Source: a virus
Lineage: Duplodnaviria; Heunggongvirae; Uroviricota; Caudoviricetes
Length of the DNA stretch: 10,154 nt
Virus record (IMG/VR): IMGVR_UViG_2671181118_000005
Strand: one strand, 5' to 3'
The notes below the pieces were generated by a model, which ran no database searches, was not told where the DNA came from, and worked only from the letters and a program-made list of their open reading frames with translations. The position numbers and the translations under genes are program-made. Of the stretch, positions 1 through 8,296 are shown piece by piece. Positions within the stretch are counted from its first letter, which is position 1, and each line of letters opens with the position of its first letter.

Positions 1-2454
1 GTAATCAAACGACGATGTGGTTTTCGTCCCCAAATCCGTACTGGATGCGCTGGCGCTGTGGGTGTGCGATTTAATGCCGTCCTGTTCCTGAGACAATACG
101 GCCCGACCACTGGCAGGTTTGCCCTTAATCGTCCAGCCACGCATATCAGGGATCACGCCTGACGGATAAGCGGCTGCAAGTTTCGGGTAAGCAGATTTGT
201 CAAAAGTCTGCCCCTGCATCAGGGCATAACCAGACGGAACGGTATCTGATGGCCACGGGATTGGTGCGCCGACTGGGTAGCTTTCTGGTGGAAGATTTTT
301 CGAGGTATAAACTTCTGCCCAGCCTTCCTCAAAACCATAACCGTCTCTTGAAGAACGGTAGAACAGACCACCATTTCTGTAATGCGCCTTCATCTGCAGG
401 GTCCGGCAACTTCCGACTCCGGTATAGAAGTTAACCAGAATATAGCTGTCGCCAGAGCGGGTGACATTGTAAGCGCCTGATTCGGCATTCCAGGGAACGC
501 CACCATCCGCATCGGCATATGTATCCGTTGCCCTTCTGGCAAAAGCAGCCACATGCGCGGCGGTTAAAGTAATATCTTTGGAACCATCAAATGGAACACC
601 GGATATTTTTCTTGCAGTCTGGAGTTTTGTAGCAGTTGCAGCATTACCAGTGGTGTTCTGATTACCCGTAGTGTTTACACCTGGAAGGTTAATATTTGCA
701 GAACCGTCGAAAACAACTCCACCGATAGATCTTGCCGTCTGCAATTTCGTGGCTGTACTTGCATTACCATTCAATGAACCAGTTAATCCACCTGTAACAG
801 ACAACGGACCTGAAACTGTTCCTCCGGTTGTTGGCAGTGCTCCAATATCTGATGGTGTAGGTTTCTGATGTGAGCTATACATCGTATAAACAACACCATA
901 GGTAACGCTGGAAGGCTTACTCGCTGAATATGTTGGCGAGGTATAAACAGAAACTGACGCATTTGCAGTACAATCCCAATGGATATTTACACTCGTCGCA
1001 TAATTGCCAATCTCAACGTAAATATCATATGTATCGCCGGATGTGTTGATCCAGGCGAAATTCGTTAATCCGACGGCTGTACGCTTCCACAAAGCCCCGG
1101 TAATTCCTTTGGGGTTTCCATTGCCTGCTCGTAGAACCAGTTCTGAAATGCCTGCCTGATGTGGGGAACCGACGTTGTAACCAGCGCCACCAATCAATGC
1201 GATGTAAACGATGGAACTCGCTTGTGGCATGGTAACCGTAGCCAGTTTGAACCACCCAGCCCCGCCAGAGAAAGACATCGTTACTGAATTTAAAGTACCA
1301 ATATCTTTCGGCGTTAATGTTATATCCGCAGTCAGTGCTTTTCCGTTAACTTTTCGGTTAGATGGCACCCTGCTATTCGCATTGTCATTGGCTGCTTTAA
1401 CTGCTTTTGGCGTTGCGGCCAGCGATTCACTGGTGCTATCAACAGCACTGCTAAGTTTCACAACACCTTTAGTTGTAAGGCTTGCGTCTTCCATCGCAAC
1501 TGCACCGGCAATCTCTTCAGCACGATCAGCAGCAGCTTCCGCACGGGTCGCAGCGGATTCAGCAGTAGTTTTGCTCTGAGATGCCGCCGTCGCACTGCCA
1601 GCTGCCTCTGTCGCCTTCGTGGATGCTGTCGTGGCGCTGCCTTTCGCTGCTGATGCCTGTCTGCTCGCCTCATCTTTTGAAGCAGACGCAGATGATGCCG
1701 ATGACGCCGCCGAACTGGCGGACGATGCAGCTGCCATTTTTGAGGATTCTGCACTGGTTTCCGAGGCTTTCGCGTTCGTTTCGGATGTCTTCGCTGCGGA
1801 TGCAGACCTCGCTGCTGCGCTGGCCTGTTCAGCGGCTTCGCCAGCCTTCGTTGTGGCTGTTGAAGCAGACGATGCGGCGCTTTCTGCCGATTTTCCGGCG
1901 GCGGTGGCACTGGCTGAGGCCTGCCCGGCACTTGTTGACGCGGCACTGGCAGACGACGCAGCCGCTGTTTTTGAGCCTGCCGCAGCCGAGGCGCTCTGTC
2001 CCGCTGCCGTTTCAGAAGACCTGGCGTTTGTCTCAGACGTCTTTGCCGCCTTCGCGGAATTGCCTGCCGCCGTTGCCGAGGAAGCGGCACTACTGGCGCT
2101 TGATGATGCGTTCGTTTCTGATGATTTCGCTGCCTCTTTTGAGGCCGCCGCATCCCGGGCTGAGGTGGCTGCTTCTGACGCCTTCGTGGTCGCGGCGGAT
2201 GCAGAAGTGGCTGCTGATTGTTGTGACGCTGCCGCATTCGTTTCTGACGTTTTCGCCGCACCGGCACTGGTAGCTGCCGCGCTTTTTGAGGACTCTGCAG
2301 CAGCACTTTTTGCTGCTTCACGGGCCTTTGTCGATGCCGTTCCTGCGCTGGAAGACGCTGACTGAGCCGACGACGCGGCCTGTCCGGCTGACGTGCTGGC
2401 GGCACGTGCTGAGCCTGCAGCATCGGTTATTACCACTTCCCGGATCGCTATACG
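1..2454 (-). pseudogene. stf: Side tail fibre protein (lambda Stf family), 5'-truncated, C-terminus beyond window start. Frame is open from an in-frame TAG at 2455-2457 to position 1 and has no start codon of its own.
   Basis: Hand translation of the minus strand (codons with lowest coordinate = 1 mod 3). Positions 60-1 give [20 protein letters not shown], matching the recalled lambda Stf C-terminal region; 1740-1380 give Ala/Ser/Thr-rich sequence ([26 protein letters not shown]) matching mid-Stf; 2440-2380 give [16 protein letters not shown], matching Stf around residue 140. Spot checks at 541-600, 901-960 and 1201-1260 show no stops. Confidence 0.8.
1460..2430 (-). repeat. Low-complexity Ala/Ser/Thr-rich coding repeat inside the tail fibre gene; it leaves several frames open on both strands.
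   Basis: Reiterated GCN/TCN/ACN codons in the true frame. The six-frame track shows long stop-free ORFs in other frames (Arg/Pro/Gln-rich on minus, Ala/Asp-rich on plus) typical of such repeats. Confidence 0.6.
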
Positions 2455-3292
2455 CTATTCCGTTAAAGATAATGGGCGGAATAATGATTTGACGGTCAAA
2501 GTTATGATCATCGCTGATGGTGACTGTAACCGTCCCGTTTGGTGTTTCCGTATTACCCCACGTACCAGCCTGTTTCGGGAATGATTTGGATACAGCTTTA
2601 ACGAAGTCACCTCTGACCTGAGTCGCCTCCAGCATGCCCTTAATCGTACAGTTTTCATTTACCGTGACATTGTTGAGCGTCCCGGCGTTCGCATTCACAC
2701 TGCCACTGATATCCGCATTTTTAGCGGTCAGCTTTCCGTCCGGTGTCAGGGAAAATGCCGGTGGATTTCCACCGCTGGTAATGGTGGGGGCCGTCAGGCG
2801 TTTCAGGAACACGTCGTTCATGAATATCTGATCGCCCTGACCAACAAACATCGGTTTTGTGTTGCCATTCGCAGGATTAACCATCGCAATCCTGTCCGCC
2901 GCCAGCAGCACCTGACTCTGCATGCCGTCAGGGGTGTTCTCAATATCCACGATGGCCTCTTTTTCCGGTACATGCTGCACGGCGGTGATGGCATACGTGC
3001 CGTCGTCGTTCTCACGGATACTCACGCAGCGGAACAGGCGCTGGCGCAACGTCGGCAGCTTCAGCCCCCATACGCTGTATTCAGCAACGCCGTCAGGAAC
3101 ACGGCTCACTTTCACCTTCACGCCGTCGGTGACGGACTGAACCTCCACGCTGACCGGACTCCCCTGCCCGTCAACCAGGCTTATCAGCGTGGTGCCGGAA
3201 GATGGCAGCGTGATTTCACGGTCGAGCGTCAGCGTCCGGGTCTGGCTGTTTACCGCCAGCACGCGCCCGCCGGTGCGGATACCCAAGCTGGA
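2318..3292 (-). pseudogene. J: Host specificity / central tail fibre protein J, internal fragment. N-terminal part is missing, the C-terminal receptor-binding end is missing, and the frame runs about 40 codons out of frame into stf before stopping at 2318.
   Basis: ORF translation [29 protein letters not shown]...[14 protein letters not shown]...[30 protein letters not shown] and ...[56 protein letters not shown]... matches the recalled C-terminal third of lambda J. The J frame opens right after a TAA about 3293-3301. Confidence 0.8.
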
Positions 3293-3504
3293 GTGGCGAA
3301 CGTTTTACCCTTGCTGATGAGGTATTCACTGATTTCGCTGTACCACATGTGGCTGAGTGCATTCTGGGAAAGACTGCGTCTCTCGCGCCACGGTTTAAGC
3401 ACCATGCGAAAGCATTTGCCGTCCTCCAGATAAGGCTGGATCTGCCGACCGATAGCGGTGAAGTTACCGCGATGCAATTTGATACCATCTTGTGGGAGGT
3501 TCAC
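3250..3504 (-). pseudogene. NinB/Orf-family recombination protein, N-terminal fragment of about 65 residues joined to J-derived sequence.
   Basis: GTG start at 3502-3504 preceded by GGAGGTG. The motif ERRSLSQN...W resembles the RSLDQNRKLW region of lambda NinB as recalled. The ORF then reads through J-derived DNA to a stop at 3250. Position after ren and the cargo island fits the lambda nin region. Confidence 0.5.
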
Positions 3505-3698
3505 GCTTCACCTCCGCAGAGATCAAACGCTGGATGCAAAATATCGCAGGTGCATTTCTGCATCTGTGAATGGAGAAGAGAGGTTGGATTGTATGTGCGC
3601 ATAAACGTCCCCGTTTAGCGCAGAAGTCACCGGAGTTGTTCAGGCCCCAATGGCATGATTATGGCTGGTTGATTATTGGAAATCAAATGTGCTGAAAA

Positions 3699-4208
3699 TT
3701 AGTCTGCCAAGTCTTCCTCAGTCGCAACTGGGTAATTCCAAATATCAAAAAAAGCTATAGCCTCCTGCCATTTGCTCCATAAGTTATCAAGTACTTGTGT
3801 AGGTTCCGTACTTTTAAAAACAGAATCAGCCGCATCACCGTTATGAACTTCCTCGTACAGTTCCATTATTAGCAGATTAACAAAGTACTGTTTCAACATT
3901 AATGCCTGATTACCTTCTTTCTGCTGGCTATCCTGCTTGATGATCTCCATCGCCCGTACTAGGCACCTGATGATATCCGCTGCATCATTAACGCTCCATT
4001 CAGATCCGCGCTTATCTTTAGCTGATGAATTGGCTCTCTCAGCGCAAGCCTTTAAAGACTCATAAAGGTAAACTCTATTTTGTAGCTGCAGCGCTTTTTT
4101 TGACGTGTACCAACTTGCAAGCGCCGACCCCGCTGCGGCTAATGTGCCAAACGCAGAAATACCTGCTGCTATTGCACTTAAGTCGGCACTGTCAAAGTTC
4201 CACATCAT
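3699..4208 (-). CDS. Hypothetical 169-aa protein with a single N-terminal hydrophobic segment (likely membrane anchor) and a helical, acidic C-terminal domain. Orphan; function unknown.
   Basis: ATGATG start with AAGGTG Shine-Dalgarno about 6 nt upstream. Residues about 10-32 (LSAIAAGISAFGTLAAAGSALASWY) are hydrophobic. AT-rich upstream region, and an upstream terminator separates it from the preceding gene. Confidence 0.55.
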   Translation of the reverse strand: MMWNFDSADLSAIAAGISAFGTLAAAGSALASWYTSKKALQLQNRVYLYESLKACAERANSSAKDKRGSEWSVNDAADIIRCLVRAMEIIKQDSQQKEGNQALMLKQYFVNLLIMELYEEVHNGDAADSVFKSTEPTQVLDNLWSKWQEAIAFFDIWNYPVATEEDLAD

Positions 4209-4383
4209 CGTTACACCTTATATAAATACCCCTCAGTAATATCCAATAAGGTATGTGCACAATCAATATAATTTTATCCGTATCGGCACATAGCGATTTG
4301 AACGCTACTGGTAATGGTATATTTTAGATTATATCGTCCAGTTTACAGCACCCGTATTTTATGAAATGGACTCGCATATTACC
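4209..4383 (-). promoter_or_regulatory. AT-rich putative promoter/operator region for the 169-aa gene, including an inverted repeat ATGTGC-N27-GCACAT at 4253-4291.
   Basis: Non-coding AT-rich DNA between an upstream terminator and the start codon. The inverted repeat was seen by eye; no promoter consensus was scored. Confidence 0.3.
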
Positions 4384-4422
4384 CAAAAAATGCCAGCACT
4401 TCCGTCATCGTAGAATGCTGGC
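4384..4422 (-). terminator. Rho-independent terminator candidate downstream of the 99-aa ORF (minus-strand sense).
   Basis: Perfect 7-bp inverted repeat GCCAGCA ... TGCTGGC at 4392-4398 / 4416-4422, followed on the minus strand by ATTTTTTGGG (plus 4384-4391). Confidence 0.4.
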
Positions 4423-4466
4423 AGTATTTCTAACTAGTGACTTTATTGGAACAGATTCTGACGGAA

Positions 4467-4766
4467 TTATGGTAACACTCGACTCCACTTATCATCCAGC
4501 CACGGCTGGAATTTTACATGTGCCGTTTCTCTGGCGAGGATTGCTCGCGCTCTGTTGAGTATCTGGGGATATTCTTGCTCGATAGAAGTAAAGCGGCCGG
4601 CTTCGCGGTGCTCCGCAACCTGAAGTAGTGGAGTAACGTTCTGGCAGGCAGTTAACATCACATCACCTGCTCGCCATAACCAAGCACGTGCACAAAGTTT
4701 GTTATCAGTGAATTGTTTTGTGATTGGGTATTGTTGAACTGCTAGAACGAGAACGCCAGCATCCAT
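4467..4766 (-). CDS. Hypothetical 99-aa protein, no recognisable motif.
   Basis: ORF with ATG start bounded by an in-frame TAG three codons upstream; weak ribosome-binding site; followed by the terminator-like hairpin at 4384-4422. Confidence 0.4.
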   Translation of the reverse strand: MDAGVLVLAVQQYPITKQFTDNKLCARAWLWRAGDVMLTACQNVTPLLQVAEHREAGRFTSIEQEYPQILNRARAILARETAHVKFQPWLDDKWSRVLP

Positions 4767-4877
4767 TGGCAGTCCCTATAGTAAAACCATAGCTCAGGAC
4801 GCTTCGTTCAGGATAGATAATTTTATTGTGCTTACCTAACTTTCTTACTATAGCACGGTTGAAAAAGTGATTATTAC

Positions 4878-6404
4878 TCAAAAATAAACCTCACCATCAA
4901 CCATATATTTGAGAGTACTTATCGCCTGCTGGGCGGATATTGTTTTCATTAAAGGATAGTGTTTAAAAACAATGCCATTCATAAAATAGATATCACAGGT
5001 TTTATTATCTGTATTGATTATGATTTTTTCGAATGTTTTATAGGCAAGTGTACGACATAGCTCTCGCCCATTTTTACTGGTTAAGTCAATAGCATGAAAA
5101 TCACCAAGTGAACTCACCGCTTTACTCTTCAAAGTTTTTAATGATACAGAAGCCCTTCGTAATTCCTTATCTAATACTCTGATTTTTTCTGCTATAGCGG
5201 TAACTTCAGGCGCAACAGATAATGCAGCAATTAAATTATTAATTTTCATCTGGAGCTCAATAATTTTCAACTCTAAAGTTTCATTAGCATCTTTCTTGTT
5301 TTCAACTGGTTGGATTTTACTACAATTAAAAAGCAACTCATTAATGATATTATAATCAACCAAATCTCTCTTTATTGATGGCCTGTCACATCGATGCAGT
5401 CTTCTCATCGGACAAACATAATAGCCATGCAAACTTCCAGATACCGCATGAACAATCATGGTATTACCACAAGCCTCGCACTTCATAACTGTTCGAAGTA
5501 GATTTATCAACATAGGATTTTTGCTACTATTGCTAATACCAAAAGGTGCCAACCGAATTTCCTGCACAGCGTAAAACAAATCATCTGATATGACTCTGGG
5601 ATAATAGCCAGCGATTTCACTTATTCCTTTACCTCTTGCACGATATGAAGGTACGCATATACCTATCAGAGCTTTATTCGCTAATAATTTTTCAATTACA
5701 GAAGGTCCCCATGCACTTTCTTTTCCTGAGAAATTCTTTACAGCATGATCATTTAAATACTTGGCTATTGCATTCAATGAGCGCCTTTCCATCCTGAGTT
5801 TAAAAATTAGCTCAATAGTTTTCACCCTGTCGGGGTCTGGAACAAAAGCCGTTCTTTTGTCATCCAATGAGAGCCATCTCGGACAAGACGCCGTCATAAT
5901 CGTGCCTGACTCCAGTGCATCCTGCCGTTTTTTCTTCCATGATAATTTAACCCGACTTGACTTTATCTCGCTTTCTTCATTTGCCCTTTGTGCTATAAGT
6001 ATGGCTTTTATTAATGAATATGGCTCATTCAATGAGTCAATATTATAGACTGTATTATCGCAAAGAGTTATAACATCAATACCGTGATTCAAAATCAATT
6101 TCAGACGCTCAATCGCCTCACCGACTTTTTCTCTTGAAAGTCTGTCCAGACTTTCAACTAACAATGTAGTCCCTGGCAATATATAACCATGTTCTATAGC
6201 ATCTAAAAATTCCGAAAAAGCTCCTGATTGTGCATGCTTTCCATTGAATGCGCTTAACCCCAAATCTTCATACGTTACGGTATCAAGGTAATAATCACTA
6301 TTTACCTTTAGCCATTCAGTAATAAGCCTTCTCTGGCGGTTTAATGAATCACCAGACATCTGACTTGGTGATGAAAATCGCATATATGCTATGGCTTTTT
6401 TCAT
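4878..6404 (-). CDS. ybcK: Large serine recombinase, 508 aa (resolvase-type catalytic N-terminal domain, recombinase domain, Cys-rich zinc-ribbon, coiled-coil region). Resembles the DLP12 putative recombinase YbcK.
   Basis: N-terminal AYMRFSSPSQ...R motif typical of serine recombinases; C-x2-C ... C ... C cluster (CEACGNT...YYVCPMRRLHRCDRP). Length and position next to emrE match K-12 ybcK as recalled. AT-rich codon usage. Confidence 0.85.
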   Translation of the reverse strand: MKKAIAYMRFSSPSQMSGDSLNRQRRLITEWLKVNSDYYLDTVTYEDLGLSAFNGKHAQSGAFSEFLDAIEHGYILPGTTLLVESLDRLSREKVGEAIERLKLILNHGIDVITLCDNTVYNIDSLNEPYSLIKAILIAQRANEESEIKSSRVKLSWKKKRQDALESGTIMTASCPRWLSLDDKRTAFVPDPDRVKTIELIFKLRMERRSLNAIAKYLNDHAVKNFSGKESAWGPSVIEKLLANKALIGICVPSYRARGKGISEIAGYYPRVISDDLFYAVQEIRLAPFGISNSSKNPMLINLLRTVMKCEACGNTMIVHAVSGSLHGYYVCPMRRLHRCDRPSIKRDLVDYNIINELLFNCSKIQPVENKKDANETLELKIIELQMKINNLIAALSVAPEVTAIAEKIRVLDKELRRASVSLKTLKSKAVSSLGDFHAIDLTSKNGRELCRTLAYKTFEKIIINTDNKTCDIYFMNGIVFKHYPLMKTISAQQAISTLKYMVDGEVYF

Positions 6405-6659
6405 GGTGACACCTGCTAAAGTATGCTTTTATAAACCTTAGTGGTGAGATATGATTTTTGTTTAATTTTTATTTAAAAAGACAATTAAGGTCACATTATC
6501 TTGAATATACAACAATAATCGTATTGCAATTTTCTTACACCATAATCTTGAAAGCACAAAAGAATGAATAAAAACTAAAGACATTAACAAAAAGCATAAA
6601 ACGAGGCCCATATAAATATACGAGCCTCCATATTTTAGTCGTTTAAAAACAAATTATTT
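6405..6659 (-). promoter_or_regulatory. AT-rich intergenic region; probable promoter region for the recombinase gene.
   Basis: About 255 bp of very AT-rich non-coding DNA between the emrE stop and the recombinase start. Confidence 0.3.
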
Positions 6660-6992
6660 TTAATGTGGTGTGCTTCGTGACAATAAATTAATAACCAACA
6701 CACCGGCACAAATCAACATCATGCCTATAATGGCTGGCAGGTCCAACCGTTGGCCGAAAAATCCCCATGATAGTAAGCTAATCAGGACAATACCGACTCC
6801 TGACCAGATAGCATAAGCAATCCCTGTAGGAATATAAGCCAGCGTCTGAGCTAATAACCAGAATGATGCACAATAACAAATAATTGTACCAACAGATGGC
6901 CATAACCGTGTAAAACCTTCTGAAAACTTCATTAAGGTTGTACCAATGACCTCTGCAAGTATTGCACCACCAAGATAAATATAAGGGTTCAT
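6660..6992 (-). CDS. emrE: Small multidrug resistance (SMR) efflux transporter EmrE, 110 aa.
   Basis: From the internal Met (MNPYIYLGGAILAEVIGTTLMKFSEGFTRLWPSVG...LSRSTPH) the translation is near-identical to E. coli EmrE as recalled. AGGAAAG ribosome-binding site upstream of ATG at 6990-6992. The upstream 18 codons in the track ORF are probably not translated. Confidence 0.93.
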   Translation of the reverse strand: MNPYIYLGGAILAEVIGTTLMKFSEGFTRLWPSVGTIICYCASFWLLAQTLAYIPTGIAYAIWSGVGIVLISLLSWGFFGQRLDLPAIIGMMLICAGVLVINLLSRSTPH

Positions 6993-7059
6993 AGCATATT
7001 CTTTCCTGTTCAAACTGGAGAGAATTGTACTACAGTTTGAACTCAACTCACCTGTTTCA

Positions 7060-7362
7060 TCATTGTGTACCCATTGATGTTCTTTTATATACCCTCAATA
7101 CCCGTTTCATCGCGGCACTCTGGCGACACTCCTTAAAAATCAAATTCGTGCTCACCTTTCCTTCCCATTCTTCTCTGGTAGCGAACCGATAATACACCGT
7201 TCGCCAGACCTTACCATCAACGACTAGGATTCCTGCCCGCGCCATTTTAGCCGCAGCCTGATTTATGCTGGTTACCGTTGCGCCTGTTACCGCGGCAACG
7301 TCCTGCGCACAGAATTTCTTATGAGTCCCCAGGTAATGAATAATTGACTCTTTGCCCGTCAT
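7060..7362 (-). CDS. ren: Ren protein (lambdoid Ren exclusion-related protein), 100 aa.
   Basis: MTGKE.IIHYLGTH...TGATVTSINQAAAKMARAG...VWRTVYYRFATREE matches lambda Ren as recalled. 4-bp ATGA overlap with the P stop, as in lambda. Confidence 0.85.
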   Translation of the reverse strand: MTGKESIIHYLGTHKKFCAQDVAAVTGATVTSINQAAAKMARAGILVVDGKVWRTVYYRFATREEWEGKVSTNLIFKECRQSAAMKRVLRVYKRTSMGTQ

Positions 7363-8060
7363 ACCCTTGCTCCTTTCAGCCCAAACTTAGCTTTGATTTC
7401 TGCGATCTTCGCCAGAGCCTGTGCACGATTTAGAGGTCTACCGCCCATGACAGGAAGTTGTTTTACTGGTTCAGGTATAGCCTCACCACGGTTAATTCGT
7501 GCGGTCATACAGGACAGTTCATCGGCAGCCTTGCGCCGTAATTCCGCGTCAGTCAACGCATTGGCCCGCATGTTCTGATACAGGTTGGTAACCAGCCAGT
7601 AGTGCGCGTTTGATTTCCACGGATAAGACTCTGCATCCGGATACAGCCCGCGCTTCCGGCAATACTCGTAAACCATATCAACCAGCTCGCTGGCGTTTGG
7701 CAGCCCGGCGGTAACGGATGCTTCTTCCCGGCACCAGGCGACAAACTGCCCGGGTGATGGCAGGAATGGTCGATTCTGCCGACGGGCTACGCGCATTCCA
7801 GCGTTAACCTGTTCCATTGTGGTGATCCCGTTTTCCCGAAAAGCCAGCACCCACTGGCGGCGGATTTCGTTCAGTTCATTCTGGTCACGGTTAGCCAGGC
7901 TCGCCGGGAAAGTTGCCAGTAACTGGCTGAACACACCGTTGATGATCTGCGCTACCTGCTGTACCTGTGGCTTTTCGTCGTACTGTTCCGGCATGTTGTT
8001 GGCGATCCGACGCATCTGCTCACGGTCAAAGTTAACCATCTGTGCGGCGATGTTTTTCAT
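7359..8060 (-). CDS. P: Replication protein P (DnaB helicase loader), 233 aa, apparently full length.
   Basis: MKNIAAQMVNFDREQMRRIANNMPEQYDEKPQVQQVAQIINGVF... matches lambda P almost residue for residue as recalled. Start overlaps the O stop (ATGA), as in lambda. Confidence 0.92.
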   Translation of the reverse strand: MKNIAAQMVNFDREQMRRIANNMPEQYDEKPQVQQVAQIINGVFSQLLATFPASLANRDQNELNEIRRQWVLAFRENGITTMEQVNAGMRVARRQNRPFLPSPGQFVAWCREEASVTAGLPNASELVDMVYEYCRKRGLYPDAESYPWKSNAHYWLVTNLYQNMRANALTDAELRRKAADELSCMTARINRGEAIPEPVKQLPVMGGRPLNRAQALAKIAEIKAKFGLKGARV

Positions 8061-8296
8061 AGATCCACCCCGTAAATCCAGTCAGTGTTTGTCAGGTCGA
8101 GTTTTGGTTTGCCGACTGTCACGCCAGCCTGTTGCTTGTTCCGGTTGATTTCGAGCTGGGTCCACTTGTCGCGGAGTTTGGCCGGACTCAGCACGTTACC
8201 GGACCAGAAGTTGTCCTGGCAGGCCCAGCGGAACAGTACACACATGTCGCGGTGGTTACGTCCATCACGTTCACGCATCAGACGGATATCGTTACC
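8057..8296 (-). pseudogene. O: Replication initiator O, C-terminal fragment of about 78 residues; N-terminal domain and the origin iterons are deleted.
   Basis: Minus-strand translation [76 protein letters not shown] matches the lambda O C-terminus. Upstream of about 8296 the same strand is antisense exo sequence. Confidence 0.85.

Noticed and set aside
249-1579. Short ORFs on both strands (249-434, 671-868, 1025-1255, 1211-1579)
   Set aside because: All lie inside the continuous Stf reading frame, on the other strand or in other frames.
1581-2365. Two overlapping plus-strand ORFs (230 aa and 248 aa), one very Ala/Asp-rich
   Set aside because: Antisense to the Stf low-complexity region; open frames arise from the codon repetition, with no start context or homology.
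1458-2423. 321-aa minus-strand ORF with an extremely Arg/Pro/Gln-rich translation
   Set aside because: It is an alternative frame of the Ala/Ser-rich Stf shaft. The true frame (offset by one) gives lambda Stf-like sequence; this frame is a compositional artefact.
2286-3618. Overlapping short ORFs (2286-2492, 2393-2584, 2455-2658, 2634-2831, 2818-3015, 2922-3140, 2972-3433, 3216-3488, 3349-3618)
   Set aside because: Antisense or off-frame relative to the J and NinB-like frames, which carry the recognisable homology.
4025-4558. Plus-strand ORFs 4025-4225 and 4361-4558
   Set aside because: The first is antisense to the 169-aa gene. The second spans the terminator hairpin and the 3' end of the 99-aa gene and has no ribosome-binding site.
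5761-6048. 95-aa plus-strand ORF
   Set aside because: Lies entirely antisense within the serine recombinase gene.
6600-6640. Possible emrE terminator (GAGGC ... GCCTC inverted repeat)
   Set aside because: The stem is only 5 bp with a 16-nt loop and an interrupted T-tract; too weak to call.
6993-7046. 18-codon N-terminal extension of the emrE ORF (MSSNCSTILSSLNRKEYA)
   Set aside because: EmrE is 110 aa starting at MNPYIYLGG, and an AGGAAAG ribosome-binding site precedes that internal ATG; the extension is just open frame upstream.
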